Assembly: GCA_025558095.1 (NCBI GenBank)
Contig: JAIVFI010000045.1
Span: 1 to 64,000 of the forward strand
Direction of reading: 5' to 3'
Source of the DNA: Hyaloraphidium curvatum SAG 235-1
Lineage: Eukaryota; Fungi; Monoblepharomycota
Length of the DNA stretch: 64,000 nucleotides
Shown: positions 31,348 to 44,800 of the stretch, piece after piece
How the letters are laid out: each line of letters begins with the position of its first letter
Position numbering within the stretch: position 1 is the first letter of the stretch
Translations under genes and position numbers: made by a program
Notes under the pieces: model-generated
Seen by the model: only the letters and a program-made list of their open reading frames with translations
Database searches by the model: none
Told to the model about the DNA's origin: nothing

Positions 31348-33297
31348 ATGGCGGATCCCCCGCTGACGGCGTACTGCGCCTTCCCCTCCCTCCCCTCCCC
31401 CACGGCGTTCCGACGCCCGCTCCGGACCATCGCGGCGTACAGCCCCGACGCCGTCGCGCCCTGCCTCGCCCAGGCCGAGCTGCTGGCCTCGCAGGGGCTC
31501 GCGCTCGTGGGAACGGTCGCGTACGAGGCGGCGGCGGCGTTCGAGCCGCGCGTGCGGACGGTGGGCGGGCGGGACGGCGACGAGCCGCTGGTGCTGTTCC
31601 GGGCGTACGAGCCGTCCGAGTGCTTTCCGGGGCCTCTGCCCCCCGCTGGCGTGTTTCTGACGGGGGAATGGATGCCCAGCGTCACGCGGGAGAAGTACGA
31701 CGCCTGCATTGCCGCCGTCCGCGAAGCTATCAGGGACGGAAACACCTACCAGACAAACTACACCATGCGGCTCCGGACGGACTTCTCCGGCGATCATCTG
31801 GGACTGTTTTCGCGGCTGGTAGAGATGCAGGCCTGCCGCTACGCGTGCTTCCTCGACGCGGGCCGGCGCAAGGTGCTCAGCGCGAGCCCGGAGCGCTTCT
31901 TCACGTGGGACCGCGCCGCGGGCACCATCGAGACGCGCCCCATGAAGGGCACCGCAGCCCGCGGGCTGGACTCGGCGGGGGACGCTGAGGCGCGGGAACG
32001 GCTGCGGGCAAGCCCCAAGGAGCGGGCAGAGAACCTCATGATCGTGGATTTGCTCCGGAACGACCTGTCGCGGATCGCGGAGCGGGGCAGCGTCCACGTG
32101 CCGTCGCTGTTCGCCGCGGAGATGTTCCCCACGGTGTGGCAGATGACCTCGACGGTCGCCGCCCGGGTGCGGGAGGGGGTCCGGCTCGCGGACGTGATGG
32201 CGGCGCTGTTCCCCTGCGGCTCCGTCACGGGCGCGCCGAAGCTGCGGACGATGGACATCATCGCGGACCTCGAGTGCTCCCCCAGGGGTGTTTACTGCGG
32301 CGCACTGGTGTACATTTCGCCGGGGGGAGGCATCGTCGACGCCTCGGTTCCGATCAGGACGTGCGTAGTGGACGCGCTGACGGGCACGGCCGAGTACGGC
32401 GTCGGCGGCGGGATCACGTGGGATTCGACCGCCGGGTCCGAGTGGGAGGAATGCTGGGCCAAGGCGCGGGTGCTGCTGCGGGCGTGCGATCCCTCCGTTG
32501 AGGTCGGGCCGCGGGCCGAGTTCGACCTCTTCGAAACAATGCGGATGGAGCCCGACGGGGCGGTGCTGCTTCTGGATCTGCACCTGCAGCGGCTCCGCGC
32601 ATCGGCGGAGTACTTTGCCTTCCGGACAGAGGATCTGGATCGGGACGTGGAGCAGGCCTTGGCAGCGATCCGGGACGATCCTTCCCGCGGAAGGACCGGA
32701 AAGCGGATCCGGTTCACCCTGTCGCGGGACGGCACCGTGGGGACCACCGTCGCCGCCCTCCCCGCGCCATTCAGCGGCGCCCAACGCGTCGTTCCCGCCA
32801 CGAGCCCGATTGATCCGAGCGGCGTCCGCCTCTACCACAAGACCACGGACAGGCGTACCTACGACGCCGCCAAGTCCTCCGCCGACGCCCTCCGCGCCGC
32901 GTGCGGGCAGTCCCCACCTTTCGACGCCCTGCTCTGGAACCCCGCGGGCGAAGCGACCGAGTTTTCGATCGGGTGCCTGGTCGCGGAGCTCCCCTCCCCC
33001 GACGCCCCCCGGCTCCCTCCCCTCGCCACCGGCACGCACAAGGACCTCTCCCCCGTGCACCCGTCGGCGTTCCCCTCCCCGCGCGAGGGCCACGCGTTGT
33101 TCACGCCGCCGGTGCGGTGCGGCCTGCTGCCCGGTGTGATGCGGGCGCGGGCGCTCGAGCTGGGGATCGTGGAGGAGAGGCCGATCGCGGTGCGGGAGCT
33201 GGAGGGGAGGAGGGCGTGGCTGCTGAACGCCGTGAGGGGGTGGGTCGAGGTTGCGGTGGAGGTCGAGGGGAAGGCTGGGGCGCTTGAAGGAGACTGA
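31348..33297 (+). CDS. pabBC: Bifunctional aminodeoxychorismate synthase component I / ADC lyase (PabB-PabC fusion)
   Basis: PabB part: YQTNYT, SASPERF, PMKGT, KERAENLMIVDLLRNDL, FPCGSVTGAPK. Class IV aminotransferase part: FETMR, HLQRL, HKTT, GLLPGVMR, NAVRG. Confidence 0.92.
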   Translation: MADPPLTAYCAFPSLPSPTAFRRPLRTIAAYSPDAVAPCLAQAELLASQGLALVGTVAYEAAAAFEPRVRTVGGRDGDEPLVLFRAYEPSECFPGPLPPAGVFLTGEWMPSVTREKYDACIAAVREAIRDGNTYQTNYTMRLRTDFSGDHLGLFSRLVEMQACRYACFLDAGRRKVLSASPERFFTWDRAAGTIETRPMKGTAARGLDSAGDAEARERLRASPKERAENLMIVDLLRNDLSRIAERGSVHVPSLFAAEMFPTVWQMTSTVAARVREGVRLADVMAALFPCGSVTGAPKLRTMDIIADLECSPRGVYCGALVYISPGGGIVDASVPIRTCVVDALTGTAEYGVGGGITWDSTAGSEWEECWAKARVLLRACDPSVEVGPRAEFDLFETMRMEPDGAVLLLDLHLQRLRASAEYFAFRTEDLDRDVEQALAAIRDDPSRGRTGKRIRFTLSRDGTVGTTVAALPAPFSGAQRVVPATSPIDPSGVRLYHKTTDRRTYDAAKSSADALRAACGQSPPFDALLWNPAGEATEFSIGCLVAELPSPDAPRLPPLATGTHKDLSPVHPSAFPSPREGHALFTPPVRCGLLPGVMRARALELGIVEERPIAVRELEGRRAWLLNAVRGWVEVAVEVEGKAGALEGD

Positions 33298-33473
33298 TGT
33301 TCGTCTTGGAGAGATCCCACTGGCATGCGAATCAGGCGAGGGAGCTGGAGCCGGAAGTGCCGAAGGGACCACCCCAGGGGAGGCAGTTAAGAAAAAGGAA
33401 GAAACATAAGCTTTCTTGTCCACACCGCATCGCATGCTCAAGTCATAAAGAGAGACGCCCATTCCTGTTCCGA

Positions 33474-36400
33474 TCATCGAGCTGATCGCTCGGCGGCGTC
33501 GAAGACCCCGCGGTAAAGTTCGAGGCGCGCCACGTCGACGCGTCTCTCCAACTCCAGCCAAGGCACGGGCCGGTCAGCGTCGCCGAGCCCCACGCCGTCG
33601 ACGAGGAAGAAGTGTCCGGCGTACTCTCCGCGTGGCTGGCCAGCGGAGGCGCGTACGTCGTAAAATGCGTCGATCAGCTCTCGGAGCAGATTGAATGCCG
33701 CATCGCGGTTGCCAAGCTCTCGCCCCTCGGGCGTCGTGAGGTCGGCGTGTTCAAGAATCGCGCTCATGGGCCGGCGCGGTTGACGGCGCGTCGTCCTGCA
33801 CGGCCTAGCAGACGATCGTCGCGGACGAGGCGTTGACCGTCTCCCCTTCTCATCCACACAATGCCACGGTACAGAAATCATCACGGCTCCTCCTCCTCCC
33901 CTCCCTCCGCCAGCAGCACCCCCGCAAAGTGGTTCGTCCCCACCAGCGGCTCCTTCTCCTCGATCAGCCGCACCAGGAGCCTCCTGCTCCGGGTCGCCAG
34001 CGGCTTCACCCTCGCCCGCGTGCCCAGCGCCGACAGCGTCTGCAGGAGGTGCTGCATGCTCCCGATGACGCGGAAGGCCTCGGCCCAGACCTCCTTCTGC
34101 GCGTCGTCGGGCAGCTCCGAGGGCTGCTCATCCCCAAGGTCCTCTTCCGCACCGGACACCAGCGGGAGGTCCGAGAAGCGACCCGCGGCGACCACGTCGG
34201 GTTTGGGCGGCGAAGCGGCAGGGTCGCCCTCGTGCCCGCCGGCGACGAGGGTGACGAGCGAGCCGATCACGGCGGCGTGCCAGCTGCCCGCGAGCTGCGA
34301 CTTCACGTACAGCAGCCAGACGACGTGGTAGAGGGCCTGGCAAAGGAGCGAGTGAGCTCGGGCTGGATGGGCACGCGCGGCGGGGGCAACGTACCGCGAT
34401 GTGCACGTTGAAGACGTGGAACGGCGTGCTCAGCTTGCCCTCCTCCCCCGCGCTCGCCATCATCTTGAGCACCGCGCCGCTCCTCAGGCACCCCTCCTTC
34501 CACCTCGCCGCCGCCGTCCCGCGGTCCCACTCGCGCGAGATCCTGTTCCCGGGCGGCGCGAGGAGCATACACTCGGCGGCGTGGTAGATGAGCAGTGCGT
34601 GGATGAGGACGACGGTGGAGCGCGGGGATTCGTGCATCGAGGCGTCGGCGCCCCGGGCGGCGGCGCCGAGCACGACGCCTTCGCGGTCCATGAGGCGGAC
34701 CGAGGGGTCCAGGCCGTCGTACTACGCAAAGAGGGTGTCGTCAACATGCCTGTTTCCAAACCAGCCATTGCGGAGAGGCCCACCCAGGTGTCCAGCCTGC
34801 GAATCAACGAGTCCAGGACCGGGTTCGACGCGTGCGGGTCCGAACGCGAGCTCGCGCACTCGATCCTGTAGCTCACGATGCTCCCGATGATGGAGTGCAG
34901 CCCGATGAGCGAGAACCACGCCGAGGCCGGGGCGCGCCGGCTCGAGGCCACGCCGAGGTTGCGCATGGCGTCAGCGAGATACCGCGCCGTCGCGGGGCCC
35001 GAGGCGAGGAAGCCCTCGCCACGGGGGAGGGAGAGCAGACATTCGGCGTCCGAGATGACGGGGAGCTGCTCCCAGATGGCCGCGAATTGCCTGTCGCAGA
35101 CACATTAGCACGATGTTCACCCCTCCTGCAGAACGGCCGTACCTGTCCAGGGTGTAGATAGCCCACCAGATCCTCCGCATCGTTTCCCTCTCGGGCTCCG
35201 TCCACCCCTCGCTCCCGTCGTCCGCCCCCCACCCGGGTCCCTCCCCCTCTTCGTGGTTCATCCCCAGCACCCTCACGATCCCCAGCGCGGTCCTCACCAG
35301 CCCGAACGTCGCCGGGCTCTCGAGCGACATTGAGATGGAGGGTATGACGCAGCACAGGAGCACGAGCACGTCGCGGACGCCTGTGCGGGGAAGCATCGAC
35401 AGCGGGCCGAGCTGCCCGCGGTCGACCGAGGTGAGTGCGTCGCGGCAGCGCGTGTGGAAGGCGACGACGGCCTTGCGGGGGGCGCCGGTGTGGTCGAAGG
35501 CAGTGGAGAGGGGGACGGATTTGAGGAGGGCGAACTGGGAAATGCGGGTCAGGCGCGGCGGACACAAGGCCAGTCGCGCTAACCCACGAAGGGGGCGTAC
35601 CGCGGGATCGACGACATGTGGTCGAAGAAGTAGACTCGGTGGAGGGGTGGCATGTAGGGGAGGATGATGCTGAAGAAGCTGTGGGTGCCACAAGGTCTCG
35701 TCAGTGTCGGAAAGCCCGACTCCGCCAGGTAAACCCACCCCTCGAAGACATCAAAGAACCCGGGCATGTTCCTGCACGGCGGGTAGGCGATGCTGTCCAG
35801 GAGCGTCTGCATGTCCTCGGGCGCGATCGAATGGACCGACGGCGCCGGCGAGCGGGGCGCCGGCGACCGGGGCACCGTCACGGACAAACCCGGGTCCGAA
35901 AGAGTCCGCTCGCGGGGCAGTGAGGCTACCGCGATGTTGGAGAGCGCCGAGAGGGCCGATGCCGCCATGTTCGTCTGGGCAGGGAAGGCGAACCCGTTCT
36001 GGCCGGAGCCGCCGTTGGCCGAAGGGAGGCTGGAGTCGGTCGACGAGAAACCGGGGCTCGGCGACCCAAAACTCGCTGGCTGGGGGAAAGACGCGAACAA
36101 GGGCGTCCTGTCCGGGCCCCCGGGGCGGTGCTCCGAGGCAGGTAACTGGAATCCGGTCCCGCCGAGTCCCTGGAACCCGTTGCCCGCGGCCCCCTGCAGC
36201 CCCGGTCCCTGGAATCCGGCATTTCCCGAACCCTGAAATCCGGCATTGTTCGCAGAAAATGAGTTCTTTGGCGGCGAGAAACCGCCCGGCGGCGGAAATG
36301 CCGCGAAGCCGGAGGGCGGGTTCTGGAAACCGGCGGAAGGTCCCCCGGAAAACGCCTGGCCGGCGAAGGCGGGGGCATCGAAGGCCGGAAACGAGATTCC

Positions 36401-36709
36401 GTGCGCCTCGGGGCCGCCGATCGAGCGCAGCTGCTGCGAAGCGCGCAGGGGCGGCGGTGCCTGCTGCACGCGGGCCCGCGGCGGCTCCTCGGGCTCGTTC
36501 CGGTGGCGGTCGCCGGCCCGCCGGTCCTTGCGGCCTCTCAGCAGCTTCGAGCGGTTGACCGTGTAGACGCAGTCGGGCGCGCCGGCGCGGAGGCACCGCC
36601 CGCACGGCGACCCGCTGTCGCACTTGATCTTCTCGAGCCGGCACCGCTCGCACGTCTTCTTCAGCGGCAGCGGGAACGGCTGCGCCACGCCGCCGCCCGC
36701 CGCCGCCAT
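33474..36709 (-). CDS. Zn(II)2Cys6 transcription factor, multi-exon
   Basis: KTCERCRLEKIKCDSGSPCGRCLRAGAPDCVY; a downstream exon contains ERETMRRIWWAIYTLD. Confidence 0.88.
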
Positions 36710-38889
36710 CGCAGCTCGGGCCGGCAGGTGTTCAGGGAGCTTTAAAGCAGGTTCAAGGGCAAGGGGACGGTGGCGGCGGCCGCCGCGGTCCGCATCGCCG
36801 TCGATTCCCGGACCCTGGCTTTGGCAAGAATGGCCTCTTCTCCACCCTAGAATGTACAGTTCAAGCTACGGACGGCTCCAATCAGGCGAATCCGCAGGTT
36901 TCCAAGCGGGACCGGCGCCGCCGCGCGTTCACGACCGCCCGAACCCAGGCGGGGATCGACTTTGTCCCGCGGCGAAGGCAGCCGCGGCCGTTTCGGCTAT
37001 CGGACAACTCGCAAAAGTAGCTGATTGGGCGATGGTAAGTTTCTCCGGCTGCCTTTTCCGGCCGGTTGGGCCGAGAAACGCCCATCTTCCCCAGAAGCCC
37101 ACACCTCCCGACGGTTCCGGGACGGCATCAGTCCTTCGGGCACGCCCGGCGAACGTCGAGCCCAAGTCTGCAAAGGCACTTGAACCTCGTCGAAGGCGAT
37201 ACCGTGCGCCCACAGTCCGCTCCGGTTTGTTGCGTTTGGCCCGATCGCCGGTACTGAGGGATCGCCCGGGCGGGAGATCGACGGAAACCCGTCCACCCCC
37301 CCATCACAACTCTTGAAACGAGAGCACATTCCGCAGGAAGACCCGTCAGGATCGCGTCTCCGATCCATCGACGAAGCCACGGTGCCCGCGCCACTCCGTT
37401 TGCCACCCCGGCCGTCCGTGGGCCCTGTCCCCACCTCTGGCCAGAAATGCCGTCGCGGCGGCCGACGGCGCGGGGACGGCGCGCACCGTTCTGCGAGCAC
37501 CGGCTGGCGGCGGAGAACCTCGCGAATGGATGTGATGGGCTTGTGCCGTGGAGCTTTTTCGTGCGGCCGGGGAGGCTGGCTCCGTCGCGGAGGTTCGGAG
37601 ACAAGTAGGGAGGCCGCTTTGCCGACGGTGGTTTCGGACCGCATCGGCCAGGCGCATCCACATTGAGTCAAAAGGGCGAGAGGATCTGCAGAGAACATAA
37701 CAGGAATCGGCTGCCCGAGCAATGGGACTAACCCCGACCTTTGTCGGGCGCCGGCGAGGAAACCCCGAGTAACGGTTAAGTTGTATGCCGGCCGGAGCCG
37801 CACTTCCGCCTTTGGAGGGCGGGACAACTCAAAGATCCGCAAGGGTCCGTCAACCTCGCTAGTAGATGGGCGAGAGAGAACGAGATCCGCGAACACCGGC
37901 GGCGGCCGGGCTACAAGCAGATCGCGAAGAAACGGAAGTGCTTCACGGTTCCCCGCCAAACAATCCGTCCCTAACCCGGAAAACGAGAAGCACGACCACC
38001 ATGATTACCAAGCCCCGCGATAGCGATCTGACGAAGAGGAGATGGAGCTTTGCATAGGAGGGGTCGGTTGAGCGCATTGTGGCCGACGACGGAAGCTGGA
38101 GGGGACCTACCTCGCCCGCGCGGCGCCTTCCGGAAAGGCGGATATGTCCGCCGACGCCGCTTCGAACCGGATCTCCGCATCTTCGAGCGCATTGCCTGCC
38201 TAGGCCATCGCCATGATCGCCGAAGGCAAGAGGAGCCAAAACGCGACTGCCCCGAGCGTTGGTTCCGGCGCCGAGCGGGCGGGAGCACTGCGACGCACCA
38301 CGCTTGCCCTGCCCCGAAAGAGGCAGGACATATACCGGAAGCCAGGCGACGACGGCGATGACGGCCAGGTGGAACGCGGTCTCTGGAAGGGTCCCGCTGT
38401 CACGCGCGACGCGTCAAGGACGCGTCCTGACGGCTCGAAGAGGTGCCTACGGAACGGGGGGCGAGCTCATCGAGCCAGCATGTTCATTCCCTCTGGGTAA
38501 GTCGGCTCGTCCGTCAGCGAATTTCGTGTCCAGTATCGACTTCTTTGAGCGTGTCGCGTTTGCGAGGGCGCAATAATCTTTCAAGCGGAGCTGCCTTCAT
38601 TTGCAAGGTACTCTTGTATTCCATCAACATTTTGCAGTGCATAGATGCGAAGATGGTCTATTCATGCGAGCGAAGCCCAGAACGTTGTCCTTCCGACGCA
38701 CCCACTCAATCGAGATCGGGGTCGCTGCAGGTGGCGTCCACGGCGGCTGGCAGGGCGGCCGGTGAGGTAAGTAGTCGGGTGCAGGGCACGGCTCAGTGCC
38801 TCTACGAGATGGAAGGGTAGAATTCGGGGGGCAGGGCTTCGCTTTTCGTGTCTATTGTTTTCGATTGAAAGTGGGTCCAACGGAATTAG

Positions 38890-40352
38890 TCAACCTCCGG
38901 GACAAAAATGTCTCCAGCGTCACCCCCAAACCCGCCCCCCTCAGGATCCCAAACATCCCCACGGCGACCGTCATCACGGTGGCCGCGAGGCCCCGCAGCA
39001 TCCCGAAGTCCACCACCAGCCCGAACATCCTCGCGCGCGCCCTCCCCGCCCGCTCCGCGAACACCCCCAGCGCACGATCGTGGTCCATCACCGCCGTCCG
39101 AGGCTCGGCAGGCCCGCACTCGAGCGCCACCACCGCCAGCGCGGACCGCGCGCGGATCCAGGCGTCCGCGACCGCGTCCACGCCCGCGTTCTGCGCGGCC
39201 ACGTGGACGAGCACCGTCCCGGCGAAGCAGGCGAACTGCGCGAGGGATGCGAGCTGCCAGGCTGCGATGCAGCCCGCGGCGGCGTTGAAGACAAAGGAGA
39301 GGACCAGTCCGAGACCCTAGAAGGCGATCCCGGTGGAGACAGAGGCCCAGGTATGGTTCCCTGTGCGCGTGATCCTGGGCCGCGCTGCGCCCCGCTAAGC
39401 GGCGCAGCCGGTCCAGCAGGTCGTCCAGGAGCAGAACCGAGGCACGGACCCGAAGCCTCGTCTCGTACCGTAGCGCAACGACTGTCGGAATATGGAACGC
39501 GCGTCCGTTGCTGGCGATTAGGATGAGCACGACGGATAGCACGCATAGTGCGTCGGTAAGAGCCCAAGCGGAGCGCCAGAACGAGGATGCGAAGGAGACC
39601 GCGGGCGTCCAGAGGAAGAAGGGCACAAAAAGGCAGTACAGGACGGCAAAGCCGATCACGTCGGCGAAGCGCGAGGCGGCGTCCCGGCGGTTGACGTCGC
39701 CGGCGCAGGGCAGGCAGGTGCAGTTGGCACTCCCGGCACGATGGGCTATGAGGAGCGACTGTGGCCTGTCTCTGGCCAGGGCCGACCACGTGACCATGTT
39801 GGCAGGCCAGGAGCTGGGCATGTAGTATTCCAGGAACAGTTGGCGCCGGCGGCTCGTCGGAAGCAGCTCGCGGCCGAGGCGGAGGTAGGCCACAATCAGC
39901 GCGGCGGGCAAAGAGGAGAGCTCGAAAGCAATTGCCAGTGTTCCCTCCCACAGGCTGCGGGGCGGGAAGTGGCCGCTGCTGGCGGCGAACGCGAGTGCGG
40001 CGGCCACGGCCGGCACGCGGAGCAGCATGCCGGCGGCGTAGCCTGCTAGCGGGCCCCACCAGCAAATCGGATCCAGCGAGCGCAGGAGCGCCGCGATGCC
40101 GGGGCGGCGCGTCTCCTTGCACGCCGCGAGCATCGACGGCACGTCGTGCGGCTTCGAGTCCCGCAAGTCCGCCGCGCCGTCGCGCAGGGGCGGACCGTCC
40201 AGCAAAGTTTGGGAGTCGTCGTCGTCTTCTTGCGGGAACAGCGCGAGCCACTCGTGGTCGTCGAGCGACGCCGGTTCCGGCGAGCGTTCACCGGATTCGG
40301 TGCCTTCGCCCGGGCCGCCGCCGTCCTCGGCTCCCCGTGGAATCGCAGGCAT
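38890..40352 (-). pseudogene. Disrupted paralog of the 475-1994 membrane protein
   Basis: Shares EWLALFP, C.C..C, HDRALG.F and FG.VV.FG with the paralog. It has a frameshift near 39340, an in-frame TAG at 39317-39319 and an extra T at 38904-38908. Confidence 0.65.
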
Positions 40353-40533
40353 GGCGAAATTGACTCCAGCAGACGATCGTGCCACGTGCGAAAGACCGCC
40401 TTCCGCCATATCGAATGGACGAAAGGTCCTGAAAGGTGCGGAGTCTGTTTCTGAGAACGACCCTCCTGCGCGCTGCGCGTGCATGTGTGGGAGTGTCCCC
40501 CACCGCCCCACTCCTCCCGCAGCACCCGCCAAA

Positions 40534-41651
40534 ATGGTCCAAGGCTCCGACGACGAGGTCCTCGTCTCGACCGTCGCGCAGATCCGCTACATCCGGTGCG
40601 CCCTCCGCTCCTTCCACCCGCTCGGGCTGACCCGCCACAAAGGTTCAACAACCCCAAGAAGCTCAACCCCGTCACTGGGGCGCAGATGACGGGGCTGTCT
40701 AAGGCGCTGCGGGACGCGAACGATGATCCCAACATTGTGTGCGTGCCTCGGTCGGAGTTGCCGAACCCCAGCCGACGCGACATTCCCCGCAAGGTTCACC
40801 GTGATCACCAACGAGGGTCGGTTCTTCAATTCGGGAGCTGATGTGCGTAAAAGACGCGATTCGTCGGGATGTGGACACGCCCCAACGCGTCTTCCTGCAG
40901 GTGACCGCGGCGCACCGGGACGACCCGCCCCCGTCGGGCGACGCGCACTACCAGATCCGCAAGAATTATTACGCCCATCAGTGGGTTTCTTGCTGCCGCT
41001 GCTGCGCTCGCGTTCTTAGCCCGGGACCGCGGAAAGGGACGCCATGTCGGTCGAGATCATGCGCCTGATCCTCGAGCACAAGAAGGTCCTCATCGTCGCC
41101 ATGAACGGCGGCGCCGTCGGCGCCGGCACGTGGTTCCCTGCCGCCGCAGACCTCCTCTACGTCTCGGACACGTCGTACCTGCTGATTCCCTTCTCGGGGG
41201 TGGGCACGGTGGCCGAGAACGGGATCGCGACCATGTTCGGGCAGGCGGCGGGATTCAGGAGGCCGCTGGAGATGCTGCTGTTCGGGACCAAGGTGTCCGC
41301 CGAGGAGCTGCTGAGCTGGGGAATCGCCAAGTGGGTGCCGCCTGGGCGGACACCTCGATCTGTGTTGACCCCCGGACGATCAGCCGTATCTTCCCCGCGG
41401 CCTCGTTCCACCGCGACCTCGAGGCCTTCCTCCTGCAGCAGCTCGAGGAGAACGACCACTGGTCCATGCTCGAGACCAAGCGGCTGGCGATGGAGCCGAT
41501 GAAGGACCAGCGGATGCTCGCGGCCTACCGCGCAATGGAGGCGCACTCCGAGAGCCTGGCAAACGGCAACCTGCAGCGCGGCATCCTGAAGCGGGCCAAG
41601 TATTTGCAGGAGCGTAACCGCAAGAAGAAGGAGCAGGCGGCGAAGCTGTGA
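40534..41651 (+). CDS. Peroxisomal enoyl-CoA delta-isomerase (crotonase family), 5 predicted introns
   Basis: FNNPKKLN, GRFFNSGADV and VAMNGGAVG; C-terminal PTS1 -AKL. Confidence 0.85.
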
Positions 41652-41880
41652 TCGGGTCGGATCCCACGGCGACTTGGAAGCCCAGACGCGGCGGATCGTA
41701 CTACCTTGCATGTGCTTCAAAGAAATGAGCTGTCTGGCATTTTCCTTGGACCCCTGCGGCCAGCGCGAACGTGATCCGGGACGGCACGTGAAAGGGTGGC
41801 GCTTGAAAAACGGTCGTCCCCCTCGCCGAAGTGGCCCCAAAGTCGGGGTTTCGCGGCGACTCATTCCCCCGCTTTCCAAT

Positions 41881-44800
41881 ATGGACCGACGCGACGACGA
41901 GCGGGAGGAGTTCCCGTCCATGGCCGCGGGCTCGCACTCGCTGGCGGGCCCGCAGTCGCGGGAGGTTGCCGCGGTGAACGCAGCCCGCCGCGACGTGCGG
42001 TTCGGCGGCCTCGCGACGGCGGCGGGCGCGGGCGTGGCGGCGCTGCTGCGTGCGCTGCGGGCGGCGCTCGGCGTGGCGGGCGGCGCGGCGTCGCAGGCCT
42101 TTGCGCTCTCGCAGCGCGCGACCGCCTTCGCCGTCGGAGTGCCGACGTTTCTCACCTCGCGGCTGCTGCTGCCCGTCGAGCGGACGTTTCTGAGGAATCC
42201 TGTGCTTTCTCCCTATTTGCTGACTTCTCTGGATTTATCCAAGTCGCTGGCCTCGCTGTCGATTTCGGCCCTGGACGGCACCGTGCACCTCTCGCTGCAG
42301 ACCGTCTCGGCGATCGCGCAGGTGCTCGCCGACTTTGTCTCTCCGGAGGGCTCCGCGGGCGCCGCCCCGGGCCAGGGCATGATTGCCGTGCTGCTGGCCT
42401 TTCTAGAGCTGGTCCGCCGCGAGACGCTCGGCCACGACGGCGTGCGCCAGCTTGGCATCCTGCAGCTGCTCCGCGGGATCGTGGCCTGGATGGTGATCCA
42501 GGGCATGACGCGGCAGATGTGGGCCGAGGGACTGCGGGGTGTGCGCAAGGTGGATGTGGACAGGGAGAAGCGGCTCAGCCTGCTGCGCTCGCGCCGGGGG
42601 GCGCACCACCGCGCCGCGAGCGCCACCAGCGCGGATTTCGGGGCGGCGGCGGGCTCCTTGAACCGGGATCAGTCGTCTTCCATCGACCCGGGATCCTTGG
42701 GCCGCGAGACGAACCACTCTCGTCGCGTATCGGGCGGATCCACGTGGTCGGCTTTCAGCCGTGTGACGAACTACACCACCTTTGTCCCTCCGGCGGGAGC
42801 TAGCTCCGTCACAGTGCCGCAGGCGATGCCCAGCTCACTGCACCGGGGCTCGAGCCTGCGCTCGGTGGACTCGCAGCCCGGGCAGGACATCTTTTCCGAA
42901 GACGGCGACGAGGATGTGGGACCCTCGATCTCGGCGCGCGGTTATTCGCCCGTCCTCCCGCACGACTCGGACTCGGAGATGGAGGACCTGCCCCCTTTCC
43001 CCATTGGCAGCGTCTCGGAGTACCCAACCTGGTCAGCCGAGCCCAATACTGTGCCGCCACCACAGCACCGCGCCTCGATCCAGCGCGACTACGGCTTCCT
43101 GCCCCCACCCGACAACCCGCCGCCCTCGGCAGGCGACCGCCCCGCCCCCCTGGACATCGAGCGCCTCGTCTCGCGCCTTCACGCGCTCGACTCGGAGCAC
43201 ACCCTTGAGGGCGAGGACGAGCTTCTGGACCCCATTGAGGGCGGCGGGGAGGAGCTCGAGGTGGTGCTCACGCTGCGGGACGAGGAGCGGGAGATGGACC
43301 TCGTGGAGGGGTACATCCCCGACGTTCCCGGCGGGGCGGTGGAGCCCGAGCCCGAGGACGTCGAGATGGAGGAGGAAGAGTGGCTGGCAAAGCGGCGGTC
43401 GTACCTCAGCCTGAAAAGCGAGCGCTCGGAGCAGGCGGAGGCGACGGTGCCGTCGTCGCCGACAGGGGTGAAGCTCGTCGAGGACCCGATGGACGAGGCG
43501 ATCCTGGTGCACGGCGGGCCGTTCGACCTGCGGCGGATCAGGCGGTACTCGGCGGTTTCCACCGGCGCCTACGGACCTGGGCTGAAGCTGTTTCGGGTCC
43601 TGTACGATCGCACCTTTGGTTCGGGTGCCAAGCCGCCCAAGGCGCGGAGCAAGAAGGACCCGCCGGACGAGGAGCGCCGCTTTTCGAAGCACTTCGAGGG
43701 CCGCAGGAGCTCCAGCGTTTCGTTCGCCCCGAGCGGCACGGCCACCCCGCGCGCGGGCGACTCGCTGCACCCGGACGAGCACCAGATTTTGGCCAACCAC
43801 GCCGGCACACGGCTCAGCGCCATCATTCACTCGTCCTTCATGGACGAGCAGCCCGCACGCGGCCTCGGACTGGGGATCGGCCAGATGCTGGGCGCCTTCG
43901 GCCCGGAAATGGCGATGCCCAACGGCCACGGCGCCGTGCCGCCCATGCGGTCCTCGCACTCGGAGCCGGGCGAGAACGCCGGCGCGCCGCCGGCCTCGCC
44001 CGACGGCGACGCGCACCCCGCGCCCCCGCTGCCCTCGGAATCTTGGAACCACCCCACCTTCTACATCCTCGCAGACCGCCCCGCACACTCGATCGTGGTT
44101 GTGCTCCGCGGCACCGCGACCGTGTCGGAGGTGATGGTGGACATGACGTGCGAGTACGAGGAGTTTTCCCTGGACCCCTCGTGGGCCGATGCCGAGCGCG
44201 AGCTCCTCGGCCGCGCCGGCGGCGCCCCCGCGCCCTTCCTCGTTCACGGCGGGATCCTCCGCGCCGCGCACCACCTCGCGGGCCGGGGCTCGAGGTTCCT
44301 GCGGCACCTGGCGCGGGCGCTCGAGGAGAACCCGGGGTTCACGCTGACGCTGGTGGGGCACAGCCTGGGGGCTGGGCTGGCGAGCCTGCTGGGTTGCATG
44401 TGGGTGGAGCGGGGGAAGTGGATGACGAGGAGGGGGATCGGGCTGCCGGAGGGGAGGAGGGTCAAGGTGTTTGCCTACGGTGGGTCTCTTCGGCGTTTCC
44501 TTGCGTCGCCTCGCTGACAACTTCCCACTTTGAAGGCAACCCTGCCGTCATGGACATCCGCCTCTCCCTCCTCTCGCGGCCGCTTATCACCTCGATCATC
44601 TTCGGCTACGACCTCTTCCCCCGCCTGTGCGTCGGCTCCGTCCTCGACCTCCGTGACGTCGTCCTCGCCCTCTGCAGCCCGCGCGACGGCGGCAAGCCCG
44701 GCATGTTCAGCGAGGTCACCGAGCGCGCCTTCAACTACATGCGCCGGTCCACGGCGGCCGCCGGCTCGCCGCGCGCGGAACACCCGGACGAGGCGAGCGA

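Noticed and set aside
36140-36260. Short repeats (GFQG units)
   Set aside because: A low-complexity coding repeat within the transcription factor, not a CRISPR array or mobile element.
36720-38850. 2-kb lower-GC stretch with short ORFs
   Set aside because: No coding signature, repeats or RNA gene was recognised; probably intergenic/regulatory DNA upstream of the Zn2Cys6 gene.
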